From: Octopus sinensis
Taxonomy: Eukaryota
NCBI RefSeq assembly: GCF_006345805.1
Contig: NC_042998.1
Span: forward strand, 80,042,001 to 80,106,000
Direction: 5' to 3'
DNA length: 64,000 bases
In this document: positions 12,470 through 24,300 of the stretch, piece after piece
How the letters are laid out: every line of letters begins with the position of its first letter
Position numbering within the stretch: position 1 is the first letter of the stretch
The notes under the pieces: generated by a model
Database searches by the model: none
What the model was told of the DNA's origin: nothing
What the model saw: the letters and a program-made list of their open reading frames with translations, nothing else
Program-made: the position numbers and the translations under genes

Positions 12470-12665
12470 ATTATTCTCAACCACATGATCATGGGTTAAG
12501 TCCCACTATGAGGCACCTTGGACAAGGGTCTTCAACTATAGCCCCAGGCTGATCAAAGCCTAATGAGTGGATTTGGTAGACAAATCAGAACTGAAAGAAG
12601 TCTGTTGTATACATGTGTGTATGTATGCACATGGGCTTATATATATATATACACACATACATATA
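12470..12665 (+). mobile_element. SINE family A, 5' half ending in its (TA)n tract
   Basis: gtcccactatgaggcaccttggacaagggtcttc...gagtggatttggtagac...ctgaaagaag. Confidence 0.8.
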
Positions 12666-13030
12666 TAGGAGTTAAGGAATGGAGTAGATAAGATCTGGGC
12701 TACATATGTTTCACAGTGAGTGGAACCTTGGAAATGGTAAATATCCAAGCAAGGTGTATACCACATGTTACTCTTTAAGCCAAGAATATCTTGAATAAAT
12801 GAAAGTTTACACTGTCATGAGGAGGTACATGGTAATATTCTAAATTGAATCTTTCATGTGTACACATGTACCTCCTTGCAACAATGTAAACTTTTGTTTA
12901 ATCAAGATATTCTTGGCCTGAAGAGCAGCCTGCAGTATACACCTTGCTCGGATATTTACCACTTCCGAGGTTCCGCTTGCTATGAAACATATGTAGCCCA
13001 GATCTTATCTACTCCATTCCTTAACTCCTG
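12666..13030. mobile_element. Fold-back MITE with ~165-bp TIRs and TA TSD (Tc1/mariner-type)
   Basis: 12666-12831 is the reverse complement of 12864-13030, with the outer ~46 bp (aggagttaaggaatggagtagataagatctgggctacatatgtttca) perfect. TA flanks both ends. Confidence 0.9.
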
Positions 13031-13240
13031 TATTCTTATTTGCACACCTGGTAACCCTGGTTGCCTACCGTGAAATATAAAAAGAACTATTTTCAATTTA
13101 TTGTACTACGAAAAGAAAAAAATCCACAACCTTCCATCTCAAACTACTATTGTTCTTGAAAGTTGTTTTTTATATTTAACTACGGTTTGCTTGAAGCTAA
13201 TTTTCTTCCTACAACTTGATCCTTGAATCTTATATATATA

Positions 13241-13287
<47 letters not shown>

Positions 13288-13392
13288 TATAATGAAATTG
13301 TTTGGGCTCAAAAGTAAATGAGCCCTGATCAGATGTCCCAAATTTGCATATCCATAACTATATATTCTTCCTGCAACTTGATCCTTGAATTT

Positions 13393-13425
<33 letters not shown>

Positions 13426-13769
13426 ATATATGTGTGTGTGTGTGTATGTGTGTGTGTATATATACATAATAATAATATTAGGAATAATACACACACACAC
13501 ACACACACCACCAGGATAATTTTTGGTTCTCTTAACGTAGAATCTCTGCTGTTTCTCCCTTTCACTTGTTTTTCAGCCACTGGACAGCAGCCATGCTAAG
13601 TTTAGTCAAACAAATCAACCCAACTGTTCTCAAATGTTTTTTTTTTTTTTTTAATTATTATTATTTCTTTTAAGAGGTAGAGTGATAAAAAAAATGATTA
13701 AGAGGAAAATATGGAGGACAGAGCAATGATATCCTTCTGGAACTGTGAAAATGTGTAATAAACTTAGGA

Positions 13770-13772
13770 ATC

Positions 13773-13806
<34 letters not shown>

Positions 13807-13851
13807 CACACACAATATATGTACACATTTGTTTATGTACATATATATATG

Positions 13852-13885
<34 letters not shown>

Positions 13886-14106
13886 TATGTGTGTATGTAT
13901 ATACATGTGTTATATATGTGTGTGTGTGTGTATATATATATATACACAGGCATTTCATATATATACGTGTGTATATATACATACATGCATTATATGTATA
14001 TATATACATGCATTATATGTATATATATATATATATATAAATAAATACATACACACACACATATATATATGCACACATATGTATATGTGTATATAAATAT
14101 ATACAT

Positions 14107-14137
<31 letters not shown>

Positions 14138-14370
14138 CATATATATACACACACATACATATATATATGCACACATGTATGTATATGTGTATATACATAC
14201 ATTATAGATATACATATATATATATATGTAAGTATGTATGTTTATAAACACTGTGTGTGTATGTATATATACACACATACACACACACACAAGCTTATTT
14301 ACACTTTATATATATGTGTGTGTGTGTGTGCTTATATACACACATATATATATATACATACACATACACA
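13770..14370. repeat. Compound (AT)n/(AC)n microsatellite block
   Basis: Read directly. It produces the many YI/HT/CV ORFs. Confidence 0.95.
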
Positions 14371-14984
14371 AACAGAGGATGTAATAATTTTCTCCATCAA
14401 CATTTTAATGGATTTTTAACACATTTCTAATAAAGGAAATTTAAACATTGTTTTATAAACAAATATTTTATGTTTAAATGATAGGTCTATAATATTTTGT
14501 TCATAAATGGTATGGGAAATGTGAAGAAATAGATAAAAAGCATGTCAGAAGAATATTAATGGCACTTTTGAATATATGCCTCTCTACAATGTGTGACCTC
14601 ATAAACGAACTATTGTTTAACAGCTTGCAGAGTTAATTAAATGAACAGCTGATCTTTATTTCAAATCAAAATATGACACACAATCAAACTACCATTCAAG
14701 GTCAGCTGGCGGCCATGCAAACTGAGCCAATAGAGAATGTAGGAAAAGAAGAAAGAACTGAAGGGGAAAAGAAGAATGAAATATTGTGAGGAAGATAGTG
14801 AGTGATTTTACAGATAAATTTACAGAAGAGTGCTAATGAAATCTATGATAAAACCTTGAATGAGTAACATTCGTTTGAAGAATTTGAGTGCGTAATATTT
14901 GTTTAAAATGGGTTTACGTAATGTTTATCTAAAGAGAGAATGAGTTTGTTTTCATAAGATTTTCAATGAGTAATCTTTTATCGT

Positions 14985-15173
14985 TTACTTGTTTCAGTCA
15001 TTAGATTGTGGCCATGCTGGGGCACAACTTTGAAGAATTTTAGTCAAACGAATCGATACCAGCACTTATTCTATTGATGTCTTTTGTCAAACCATTAAGT
15101 TACAGAACATAAACACACCGACACCAGTGGCCAAGTGATGGTGGAGGGCAAATAGACACACACACATATATAT

Positions 15174-15215
<42 letters not shown>

Positions 15216-16655
15216 CACGACAGTGAGCTGAAGAGTTCATAGGCTGACTATGAGGGAGTGATGTCAGAGCTGTGAAATCTTGCATGCATCAATTTCATCT
15301 CTTCTTATAAATAACTGCATTGTTTCTTTCAGGTAAACTAACATTTGACTGTTCAAAGAAAACTTCAAAAGTAACTAGTAGTGACTTCTCTTGAAAATGG
15401 ACAAAAATTGGCATTGTGGTCTTACCAAGTACCTGCAGAAAAAGGGTAGAGCCTCCAAGGACATTCATGCAGACACAGTTATTCCATTAGTATATGACAC
15501 TCCAGATTTATCAACAGTGCAAAAGTGGGCAGCTGAATTTAAGAGGGGAAGTTTTATGACCCAACATCTGGACGTCCTGTAACTGCCACCACTGAGCCAA
15601 ACATTAATTGTGTTTACCACATGGTGATGGATGACAGAAGATTGATTATAATTCAAAAAGCCAATGCTATCAACATATCACATGAAAAAGTTGAGAATAT
15701 TTTGTAAAATGAACTTGGCATGACGAAGGTGTCTGCTCAGTGTCTGCTACATCTTCTGACACCTGATCAAATGCGCACCAGGCTGATCACATCACAGGAA
15801 AATCTGATGTTTTTTGAGGCAGATCTAGCTGGTTTTCTTGAATGTTTCTTAAGTCAGGATAAGTGTTGGCTTCATCACTTTGAGCGAGAGTCAATAAGAC
15901 AATCCATGCAATGGAAACACCTATTCTCACCTGCTCCAAAGAAGGCTAAGGTCATTTCATCTGCAGGAAAGGTGACGGTCTCAGTATTTTAGGAAGCAAA
16001 AAGCATTGTGTTTATTGACTATCTTCAAAAGGGCCATTTCATCAAAGGAGAGTACTATGCCAACTTGCTGAGGCAGTTATGAAAGGCTAGCAAGACCAAA
16101 AGCCCAGGAAAACTGATGAAAAGGGACTTGTTTCATCAGGACAATGCTCCAGCATGCAAATCTTTGGTTTCAATGGCTGCTGTAAGTGACTGTGGCTTTG
16201 AACTGGTTGATCACACTCCTTATTCTCCTGATTAGGCCTCATCTGACTATCCTCTGTTCCCCAACATGAAAAACACTTGAGTGGGAACTAGTGTCAGGGT
16301 GATGATGTCATATCTGCTGTTGACTTTTTTTGACCAACAAGACAAAAGTCTTTTCATTAATAGGATTCAAGCACAGCAACAATGTTGGAACAAGTGTGTA
16401 GACCACAAGGAGAGTATGTTGAAAAGTAAACCTCATTTGGTCACATTCCAGGAGAGCATCTTGGTCAACCTATGAACTTTTCAGCTGATCCTCGTTTGTG
16501 TATATACATATATATACACATAATGGGATTCTTGCAGTTCACAAGGCTTTGGTTGGCCTGAGGTTATAGAAGAAGACACTTGCTCAAGGTGCACACAGTG
16601 GGGCTGAACCTGGAACCATGTGGTTGGGAAGCAAACCTCTTATCACACAGCCACA
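14985..16655 (-). mobile_element. SINE family A split in two by the mariner insertion
   Basis: 3' half at 14985-15160 (tttacttgtttcagtcatt...gccatgctggggc) and 5' half at 16525-16655 (cacaaggctttgg...gaagacacttgc...cacacagccac), with the (TA)n tract and mariner between. Confidence 0.85.
15218..16494 (+). mobile_element. Full-length decayed mariner (DD34D) transposon, ~1.28 kb
   Basis: ~31-bp imperfect TIRs (gctgaa(g/a)agttcatagg(c/t)tgac). Transposase remnants: KWAAEFKRG, KVSAQCLLHLLT (WVPRLL motif), QDKCWLHHFE (TGDETW), SAGKVTVSVF, HQDNAP, PYSPD*ASSDY. Stops and frameshifts throughout. Confidence 0.95.
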
Positions 16656-17110
16656 ATGTTTGTGTAAAAAGAATTTGTATGAATAACCACTGCTTTAAAA
16701 CCTGGTTCAGTGTTTCAATGAATAACTTGTTTTAAAAAGAGTTTCTATTTAAGAGAATTTTGATTGGGAAACTTTGATATTAAAGATAAGTTTCAAAGAA
16801 TAACTTTTTTTTAAACAGTTTCAATGAGTAACTTCTGCTTTGAAAGAGAATTTTAATGAGTAAGAAATAATTTAATAATAATTTAAATAATTTGATTTAA
16901 GTTTCAATGAATAACTAATGATCTAATAAGAATTTTGTTTTGATAAAGAACTGTTTGGAGTTGAAATTTTAATCTCTCTCTCTCAATCATTCATGATTGA
17001 ATATGCTGGCTTGGTAGCAGAAGATAATTTTTTTTCTCCTCCAAATTTAACAAATAAACTTTATTAATGGAACTGTTTTGTGGGACTGTAGGCCCACAAA
17101 ATAATAATAA

Positions 17111-18030
17111 TTTCTAAATTTTAGCACAAAGCCAGTAATTTTAGGGAAGTTTGTAAGTTGATTACACTGACTCCAGTGCTCAACTGATACTTATTTTATT
17201 GACCCCAAAACAGCAAAAGACAAAGTTGACTCAGAATGTAAAGCTGGAAGAAATGCAGCTAAGGATGCAAATGATTTTCCTCGCTCACCTTACAATAATT
17301 ATTTCAAATTTTAGCACAAGACCAGCAGGTTTGGGTGAGGTGCTAAATCAATTACATTGACCCCAGTGTCAACTGGTACTTATTTTATCAACCCCGAAAG
17401 AATGAAAGATAAAGTTGACTCTGACTGAATTTGAACTCAGAACATAAACACATGAAATGCTACTCAGCATTTTACCTGGCATGCTAGCGATTCTGCTAAC
17501 CCACTGCCTTAGCTCACCTTATCACAACAATAACAATAATAATAACTGACTTTAGAGTCCCAAATGATGAAAAATATTGGACATGCTCAGCTGATGGCAC
17601 TTCTGTGCCTGTAAAGTTTATCTCAAGCAGGCAAAGCTCCCTGATAGCAATGCCAGGCCAGAGATTTTTGGGAAAATTATCCATCAATCCCAGCCTGAAA
17701 GTTCTCTGGAAAAGAGCGACTAGCTGATCTTTTTCGACACCCAAGGTCTCCACAAGAACATTGTTGCATTTTTCCTCCACTAATCCTCTATAAAAGGCTA
17801 AAGTGGACATTCCTTTCTACAGTAGGCACAAGGCCTGAATTTTTGTGGAGAGGGGGACAATCGATCATATTAACCCTCCAGTATGCAACTGGTACTTAAT
17901 TTATTGACCCCAAAAGGATGAAAGGCAAAGTCGACCTCGGTGGAATTTGAACTCATAAAGTAGTGACAGACGAAATACCACTAAGCATTTTGCCTGGCGT
18001 GATAATGATTCTGCCTGTTCACCACCTTAA
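17111..18030 (-). mobile_element. Head-to-tail array of three SINE-B copies with an L1/Tx1 fragment between copies
   Basis: Units at about 17111-17292, 17301-17512 and 17811-18028, all in the same orientation, with (TAA)n-type spacers. Confidence 0.85.
17575..17810 (-). mobile_element. L1/Tx1-clade LINE ORF2 fragment (zf-RVT region)
   Basis: STLAFYRGLVEEK...LFQRTF...MDNF, then after a frameshift KSLAWHCYQGALPA*DKLYRH...ACP, resembling the W....ALP..D.L...C motif of L1/Tx1 ORF2. Confidence 0.65.
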
Positions 18031-18055
18031 TAATGATAATAATAATAGTAATAAT

Positions 18056-18399
18056 AACTTCTGCCAAGAAAACACCAACGTCCTCTCACTGACTAGTCAG
18101 ATATGATTTTTAAAATGAAAATATTTGAAATAAGCTCGACTGCTCTCACAAACGAGAATACTAAAACGGAACCTGACTGCTCTCAAAAATTAAATGAAAA
18201 AACAGGAAAAGTAATCCCAAATCCTTGTCTGGTACCAGATTGATCCCAAAATCTAACCAGTTTGTACCAGTCACAAGGCCAAACATCCCTGAAAGTTTCA
18301 TCCTAATCCATCCAGTGGCTCTTACGATATCTTGTCCATGGACAAACAAGCAAACATGACTGAAAGCAATACCTCCGCCTTAGCAAAGGCGGAGGTAAT
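18056..18399 (-). mobile_element. Helentron-associated (HINE/DINE-1-like) non-autonomous element, copy 1, lacking the terminal hairpin
   Basis: Perfect 12-bp stem tacctccgcctt-agca-aaggcggaggta at one end and a partial subterminal repeat (cttctgccaag) at the other. Clearly homologous to 34711-35078. Confidence 0.7.
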
Positions 18400-18830
18400 A
18401 ATGATATTAATAATAATGATGAGAGTTCGTGTAAAGAGCTCATTGTGTGTCAGGCAAGTTTCTTCTACTATAGCCCTTGGTCAACCAAAAGCCTTGTGAG
18501 TGGATTTCATAGAAGGAAACTGATAGAAGCCCATTGTGAGTGTGTGTCTACACCCATACTAGCATGGACAACAGACATTAAATAATATATAGGTCTTTGT
18601 ATGTGCACTTGTCTTGATATCACATGAAATTTCCAGTCTTCAGTGAAAAATATCTCTGGTCATGAGAATTATTATGTTGTTTGGCAACAAGTGAGCATCT
18701 GGCCATAGAAAATCTGTCTCAACAAATGCCATCTGACCCATGCAAGTATGGAAAAATAAATGTTAAATGATGACAACAAGACAACAATAGTTGACATGCT
18801 ATATATATATATGTATATGAATATACTCAC

Positions 18831-18842
18831 CTGCATGTGTTC

Positions 18843-18873
<31 letters not shown>

Positions 18874-19290
18874 ATATATATATTTGTGAAGGGGGCTATA
18901 AGTAAAGGTATAATTCTATTATCTAGTCACATGTTAATCCTTCAATGGGATATTTTCAAACATTATAATTAAATATTTTTCATTATCATTTTCCATTATT
19001 ATTATTATTATTATTATTATTTATTTATTTATTTTTTTTTTTTGCTGGTGTTGCTTCAAAAGGATATATCTTCTGACTAAGATAATTTCCTTTTCATGTC
19101 TGTTAATTGTTTAGTTAAAAGTTCTGCACCACCACAATAGCTAATTTTTTAAAAAAAAACAACAATAGAAAAAAAAAGCGAAAAATTGTTTAAAGGTTTT
19201 TATTCAATCTATAATATTTGCTATAGCTTGCTGTGTTCCGTAACACTGAGTCTCTGCTAAAAAAGCAATTGTGCTTGACACAAAAGTCTG
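18831..19290 (-). other. Candidate non-coding alternative first exon; 5' boundary unknown
   Basis: Perfect donor CAG|gtgagt at 18831/18830, with unique sequence at 19040-19290 upstream on the minus strand. Confidence 0.3.
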
Positions 19291-20678
19291 ATATCACACA
19301 CATTCATTCATACTAAAACATCCAACATCCTCTAAGCTAATAATCACCACACACATAAAAGAACAGTATGTATACATGCATACAAAAAACAGAAAGAAGA
19401 CTAATACACACATGCATGCATACACATGCAAAAATGCACACATACATGCACAGAAACATACATGTGAGCACAAGGCCACCCACTTACTGAGATACAAAGA
19501 CAAACATACTCTCTCTCTCACACACATACCATACACACATCTCTAAGCTAATAATTACTGCACACCCACACAAATATACACACATACATTAAAAGCACGC
19601 ACATCCACATATCCGCACACACAAACACAGTAAAATATCTAACATCCTTGAACTAATAATTATTAAACATACACAGAAGGAAAGAGAATGAAAGAGATAA
19701 AGAGGGTGAGAGAGAAAGTAGGAGAGGGTGAGAGAGACAGTGACAGACAGACAGACAGAAAATGTAAAGAAAAAAAAAGCAGAGGAAAAAATAGAAAACG
19801 GAAGAACTTGTGAAATGGGAATTCAAACCCTAACTATTTCAAATGTATGGGGGAAGAATCGGGGGTGGTGGGAAGGAAGGATGAGCAATTGAGAGAGAAA
19901 TTTCAACAACAATAGGGAAAGTCTATCTATCATTGAAATTCTTTACAATCCACTTCAGTTCATAACAACATTGTTAGTTACTAATAAAAACAATAAAAAT
20001 GAAAAAAAAAACAAAACATGGAAGATGAGGAGGGGGTGGCAGACAAAACATATTTGTAAAATGAACTTTAGATGGACTAAGAGAGATATTTATTAAAAAC
20101 AGGACATGCGCATACACACCCACCACAAACAGATCCAAATGGCTGAACTTATAAACAAGTGGAAGTGTATCATCATCACTGCAACCACCTATACAACTAC
20201 ATCCCCTGCCCCCCGTATGGGCTGGAGTCGGATGAGTTGTTATAGTTCACATTTGTGTCATCTTGCACACACACACACTCAACAATAGAGAAAACTCAGC
20301 AAACTTTGGTGTTGTGTATGCCTCGGTGCATTTGTCATGTTACCAGCACTAGCAAAGTCATTACATGATGTGAGAAAAACTAAAGATTCCATACTAACTG
20401 TACCAGTTGATATTCAGTTACTAGCTACCTACATGAATAACCTACAATGCTGCTTCTGGAGTCTACATCGCGTACACACACACACACACACACACACATC
20501 ATCATCATCATTTTAACATTCATTTTTCCTTGCTTGCATGGCTGGTTGGAGTTTACTGAGGCAGATTTACTATGACCAGATGCCTTTCCTGTCACCAGCC
20601 CTCACCTATTTCTGAGCAAAGTAATATTTCCATATGGCCAGACATATTTTTGCAGAATATTGGAAGTAAATAAAACTA

Positions 20679-21890
20679 TTGGGTCATCCATAAATAATTT
20701 CATTTTTCAAAATTAAAATAAACAAAGTTCACTGTTAATCTAAAATATACTCTCCTTCATTTTCTACAATGCTCTTCCATCTATCTAGTAGACTTGCAAG
20801 GCCCCTCTTCCAAATTTCATTTGTCTGTGATGAAAAATACTCCTCCAGTACTGTTCTCACCTTGTCTAGAGAGTTCATATATTTTCTGTTCAAATGATTT
20901 TGAAGACTGCGGAACAGATGATAATCAGATGGGGCAATGTCTGGCTAATATAGTGGGTGGAGCATCGTTTCCCACTCAAACTGCTCAAGCCTTTGGAATG
21001 TCATCCTTGCTGTATGTGGCCAACCATTATCCTGATGGAAGAACACCTTATGTCTTAAAACCAAAAATGGTCGTTTTTCCTCTGGTGCTGACTTAAACTA
21101 CTCAAGCTGCTCATAGTAGATCTCCTTTGTTATCGTTTGGTTTGGGTTTAAAAGTTCGAAGTGGATTAAACCTTTCATATCTCACCAGATAACAACACCT
21201 TATGTGAGCTTCTTTAGCCTGGGGTGCCAGTGTTTCTCCTTTCCCAACCTACTGTCTTTGGTGCTTGCCATTTTTATAAAGAACCCAGTTCTTGTCACCA
21301 GTCACTATTCAGTCCAAAAAAGGTGTATTCATGAGACGTGACAACTAAGAGGAGCACACATTCACTCTTTGCATTGATTAGACTCGGAAAGTTTGTGAGG
21401 AACCTACTGACACAATTTTCTGACTTTTTCGATGGCACACAGGTGTCGAATGGTTGAATGATCAAATCCAAGCTTCTTTGCTAGTTCCTCAACAATTATG
21501 ATGGGATTTTGTTCCACCAAGGTTTGCAAGATATCCTTGTCAAGCTCTACAGATCTTCCAGGACAAAGCTCGTCTTCTAGTTTCTGTAGTTTCTGGCTTG
21601 AAATTTATGGAACCACCGCTGACACTGCATTAATATTTCTTGCACTTTCCGTTCTATTGTTGCCTTTATTGAACTCATAAAGCAAAATATGCCAAATATG
21701 CTCCTTTGTCACTTCCATTGTAGCTTTGAAAAAATAACTGTTAAAATCAAACTCCACTCCTCAAAGAATAAGTATAAGGTAAAATTACTACCTGCTTTTA
21801 TAGCAAGTTGATGCAGATAGTTTTTCCCACCCACCTCTGACTTTTAGTTCATGCAATTGAAAAAACTACATTATTTATGGGATGACCCAA
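20679..21890 (-). mobile_element. Full-length decayed mariner transposon, second family
   Basis: TIRs ttgggtcatcc(c)ataaataat...tttttcaa at both ends, with TA on the left. Minus-strand remnants: IVTGDKNWVLYKN, HQDNGWPH and a frameshifted PYS/APSDY.LFRSLQN. Confidence 0.92.
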
Positions 21891-21915
21891 ACTCACACAC
21901 AATATATACATAAAT

Positions 21916-21946
<31 letters not shown>

Positions 21947-21950
21947 AGTA

Positions 21951-22110
21951 ATACAGTTCTATATTTAAGAGATGAGGAATTATGTACATTATTTACATTT
22001 GACAAATATTTGTCCTCATCTTGTTTGTTGTTAACACAATGTTTCAGCCTTCATCAGGTGTCTTGGGGAAATTTTGAACCTGGGTTCTCATTCCTAAGGT
22101 ATTTTTCGAC
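21951..22110 (-). mobile_element. Penelope-like/retrozyme-type repeat fragment carrying a hammerhead core
   Basis: Minus strand 22062-22033 reads gacac-CTGATGA-aggct-GAAA-catt-gtgtt. Stem I is acac/gtgt; stem II appears deleted. Confidence 0.55.
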
Positions 22111-23016
22111 CTGCTCAGCTCTACACATGATGATGTCTCTGGGACCACTGACCTAGGATGACCCCCAGCCTCATCAAGCAAGAGCATGAAGCAAGCAAGC
22201 AAGCATATAACCATACATAAACATGTAAGATAGTGGTGAGTTTAGATCCTAGGATACTAGGCTTCACAAACAAGACGACGAAGAGTCAATGATAGCATAG
22301 AAAACCAGTCATTAAAACAATGATGATAATGATGCCAACGATGAAAGATAATGATGATGATGACAGTGCTAACACCAGTCTGTGAGAGCCTGTAAAGGTC
22401 ATGAGCACTCTCCCCCCACTTTAATTAATATAATATTGATACTTCAATGCGACTTACAAGATACAATATATTACACACATATGGACACCTATATGGGCAT
22501 TCAAGGATAGATGTGCACGCACACACACACACACACAAAATCATTTTCTTTTTATAAAGAGAGAAATATTTTTTATTTCTTTTATGTATTTATTTAAAAT
22601 CAATCAATGTTAAATACTGTAAGTTAATCCTAATGTGAATGAATCTACATGTGAAAATATCTAATATCTAACGAAGAGGTCTGATCTATAAGTAGGACAC
22701 AGACCTAACCCTCACCTGCTCGTTAATAGATTTATAGTAACACATGAAAGATATTTCAAAGGATTTCAAATTGAAAGCTGATACGATACTGCAGATGTGA
22801 GTAATTAAAAGCTAGGGTCCTCCTATTGATTTATATACAAGTTATTCAAGGGTTGTTTTTATGTTTTAATTTTTTTCCTTTTACAAAATCAAACCCTGTC
22901 CTCAAAACACACAAACATACATATACAATGTGTCTTGCTCTTTCTATCTTTTCTCACACACTCACAATCAGACATAAACCATTTCATATAAGTATTTAAC
23001 ACTATATATGTGTATG

Positions 23017-23066
<50 letters not shown>

Positions 23067-24039
23067 CACACAAACTCCTCTCATCCCCCTTTTCACCCTA
23101 ACACTCTCTTATCACTCTTTTATTGAGCTTTCTCTTTTTTCTATCACTCCCTCTCTTTTATCAAGTCCCCCCACCTCCTAACACACTGTTCTCTGTATCA
23201 CCACCTCTTTCCCCCAACAACACCACAATACCATCTAAGTGATGGAAGATAGCAATACATGACAGTACCAGTAACATGACTGAAGAACTTATTCTACTCC
23301 TTTGATGTACTCAGTTGTGTGAGAAAGAAAGACACAAATGAACAGAGACAATGCAGAGAAGAACAGGAATCTCTGTAAGTCTCATTAAGAACTAGAAATC
23401 ACTCTGGTGCTGATGAATGAATGAACAGCAATAACAGTGTAGAGAGGTCTCTGTAGTTATACCAAGAGCAAACAAACCTATCTAGCATTGCTACAATGAT
23501 AAAATGCATTCAGTACATTCTGTAAAGTAGTTGGTGACATGAAGGGCATCCAACTATATAAGCCATCCCAAAAATGAAATGCCCAAGTGAGACAAGGGTC
23601 TACAATGCATGTAGGTGAATAGTAACTCTGAATAAGGATGAATTTGATCTACGACAATTTGTCTTACTTATGTATCCCACATAAAATGTAGATAATTACA
23701 ATATCTGATCATATATATCATCACTGTTTAAAATTTACTTTTCTATACTTGCATGGGTCAGATGAAATTTGTTGAGGGTGATTTTCTATGGTTGAATGCC
23801 CTTTCTGTTGCCAACCCTCACCTGTGTCTAAGCAAGGCAATATTTCCTCATGACCTAACATGATTTTTGTACAGAAGACTTGGAATGAACATCACATAAT
23901 GTTATGACAGGGGTACACACACACACCTGTGCATGCACACATACACACACACCTGTGCATGCACACACACACACACACACAATTTTAATAGGGTTTATTG
24001 AAAATCCATAAAAAAAAAATAAACATGTTCAAGATATAT

Positions 24040-24300
24040 ATATACATTAAGATACTCAGAAAGATGCCTCACCACCACACTGTAAAAAATATTTGGAGTT
24101 TAAAGGACAATAACATTAACAATTATAAAATCAACTGGTCCATTATAGAACACTTATCTTTCTGTGTTAATGGCTCCAGAAGATGTGATGCTTGCCTCTC
24201 TGAGAAGGATAGCATTTTAATGCATCCATTTGTAATGTTGAGAAAGAGATTGGAATTGGTGAATTCTTCTGGCAATCAATCAAATTTCAATGCTTAAACA
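24040..24300 (+). mobile_element. Penelope-like element, C-terminal part of the GIY-YIG endonuclease region
   Basis: KNIWSLKDNNIN.YKINWSII...NGSRRCDACLSEK..I....ML.KR.ELV matches the PLE-type pattern IW.LK...IKWSI...C.LCL.EK..I...LNKRSEL. Confidence 0.75.

Noticed and set aside
13180-14419. Cluster of overlapping YI/HT/CV ORFs
   Set aside because: Dinucleotide-repeat artefacts.
15391-15992. Possible SETMAR-like host gene or active transposase
   Set aside because: Multiple stops and frameshifts, mutated catalytic motifs, bounded by TIRs, and no SET domain.
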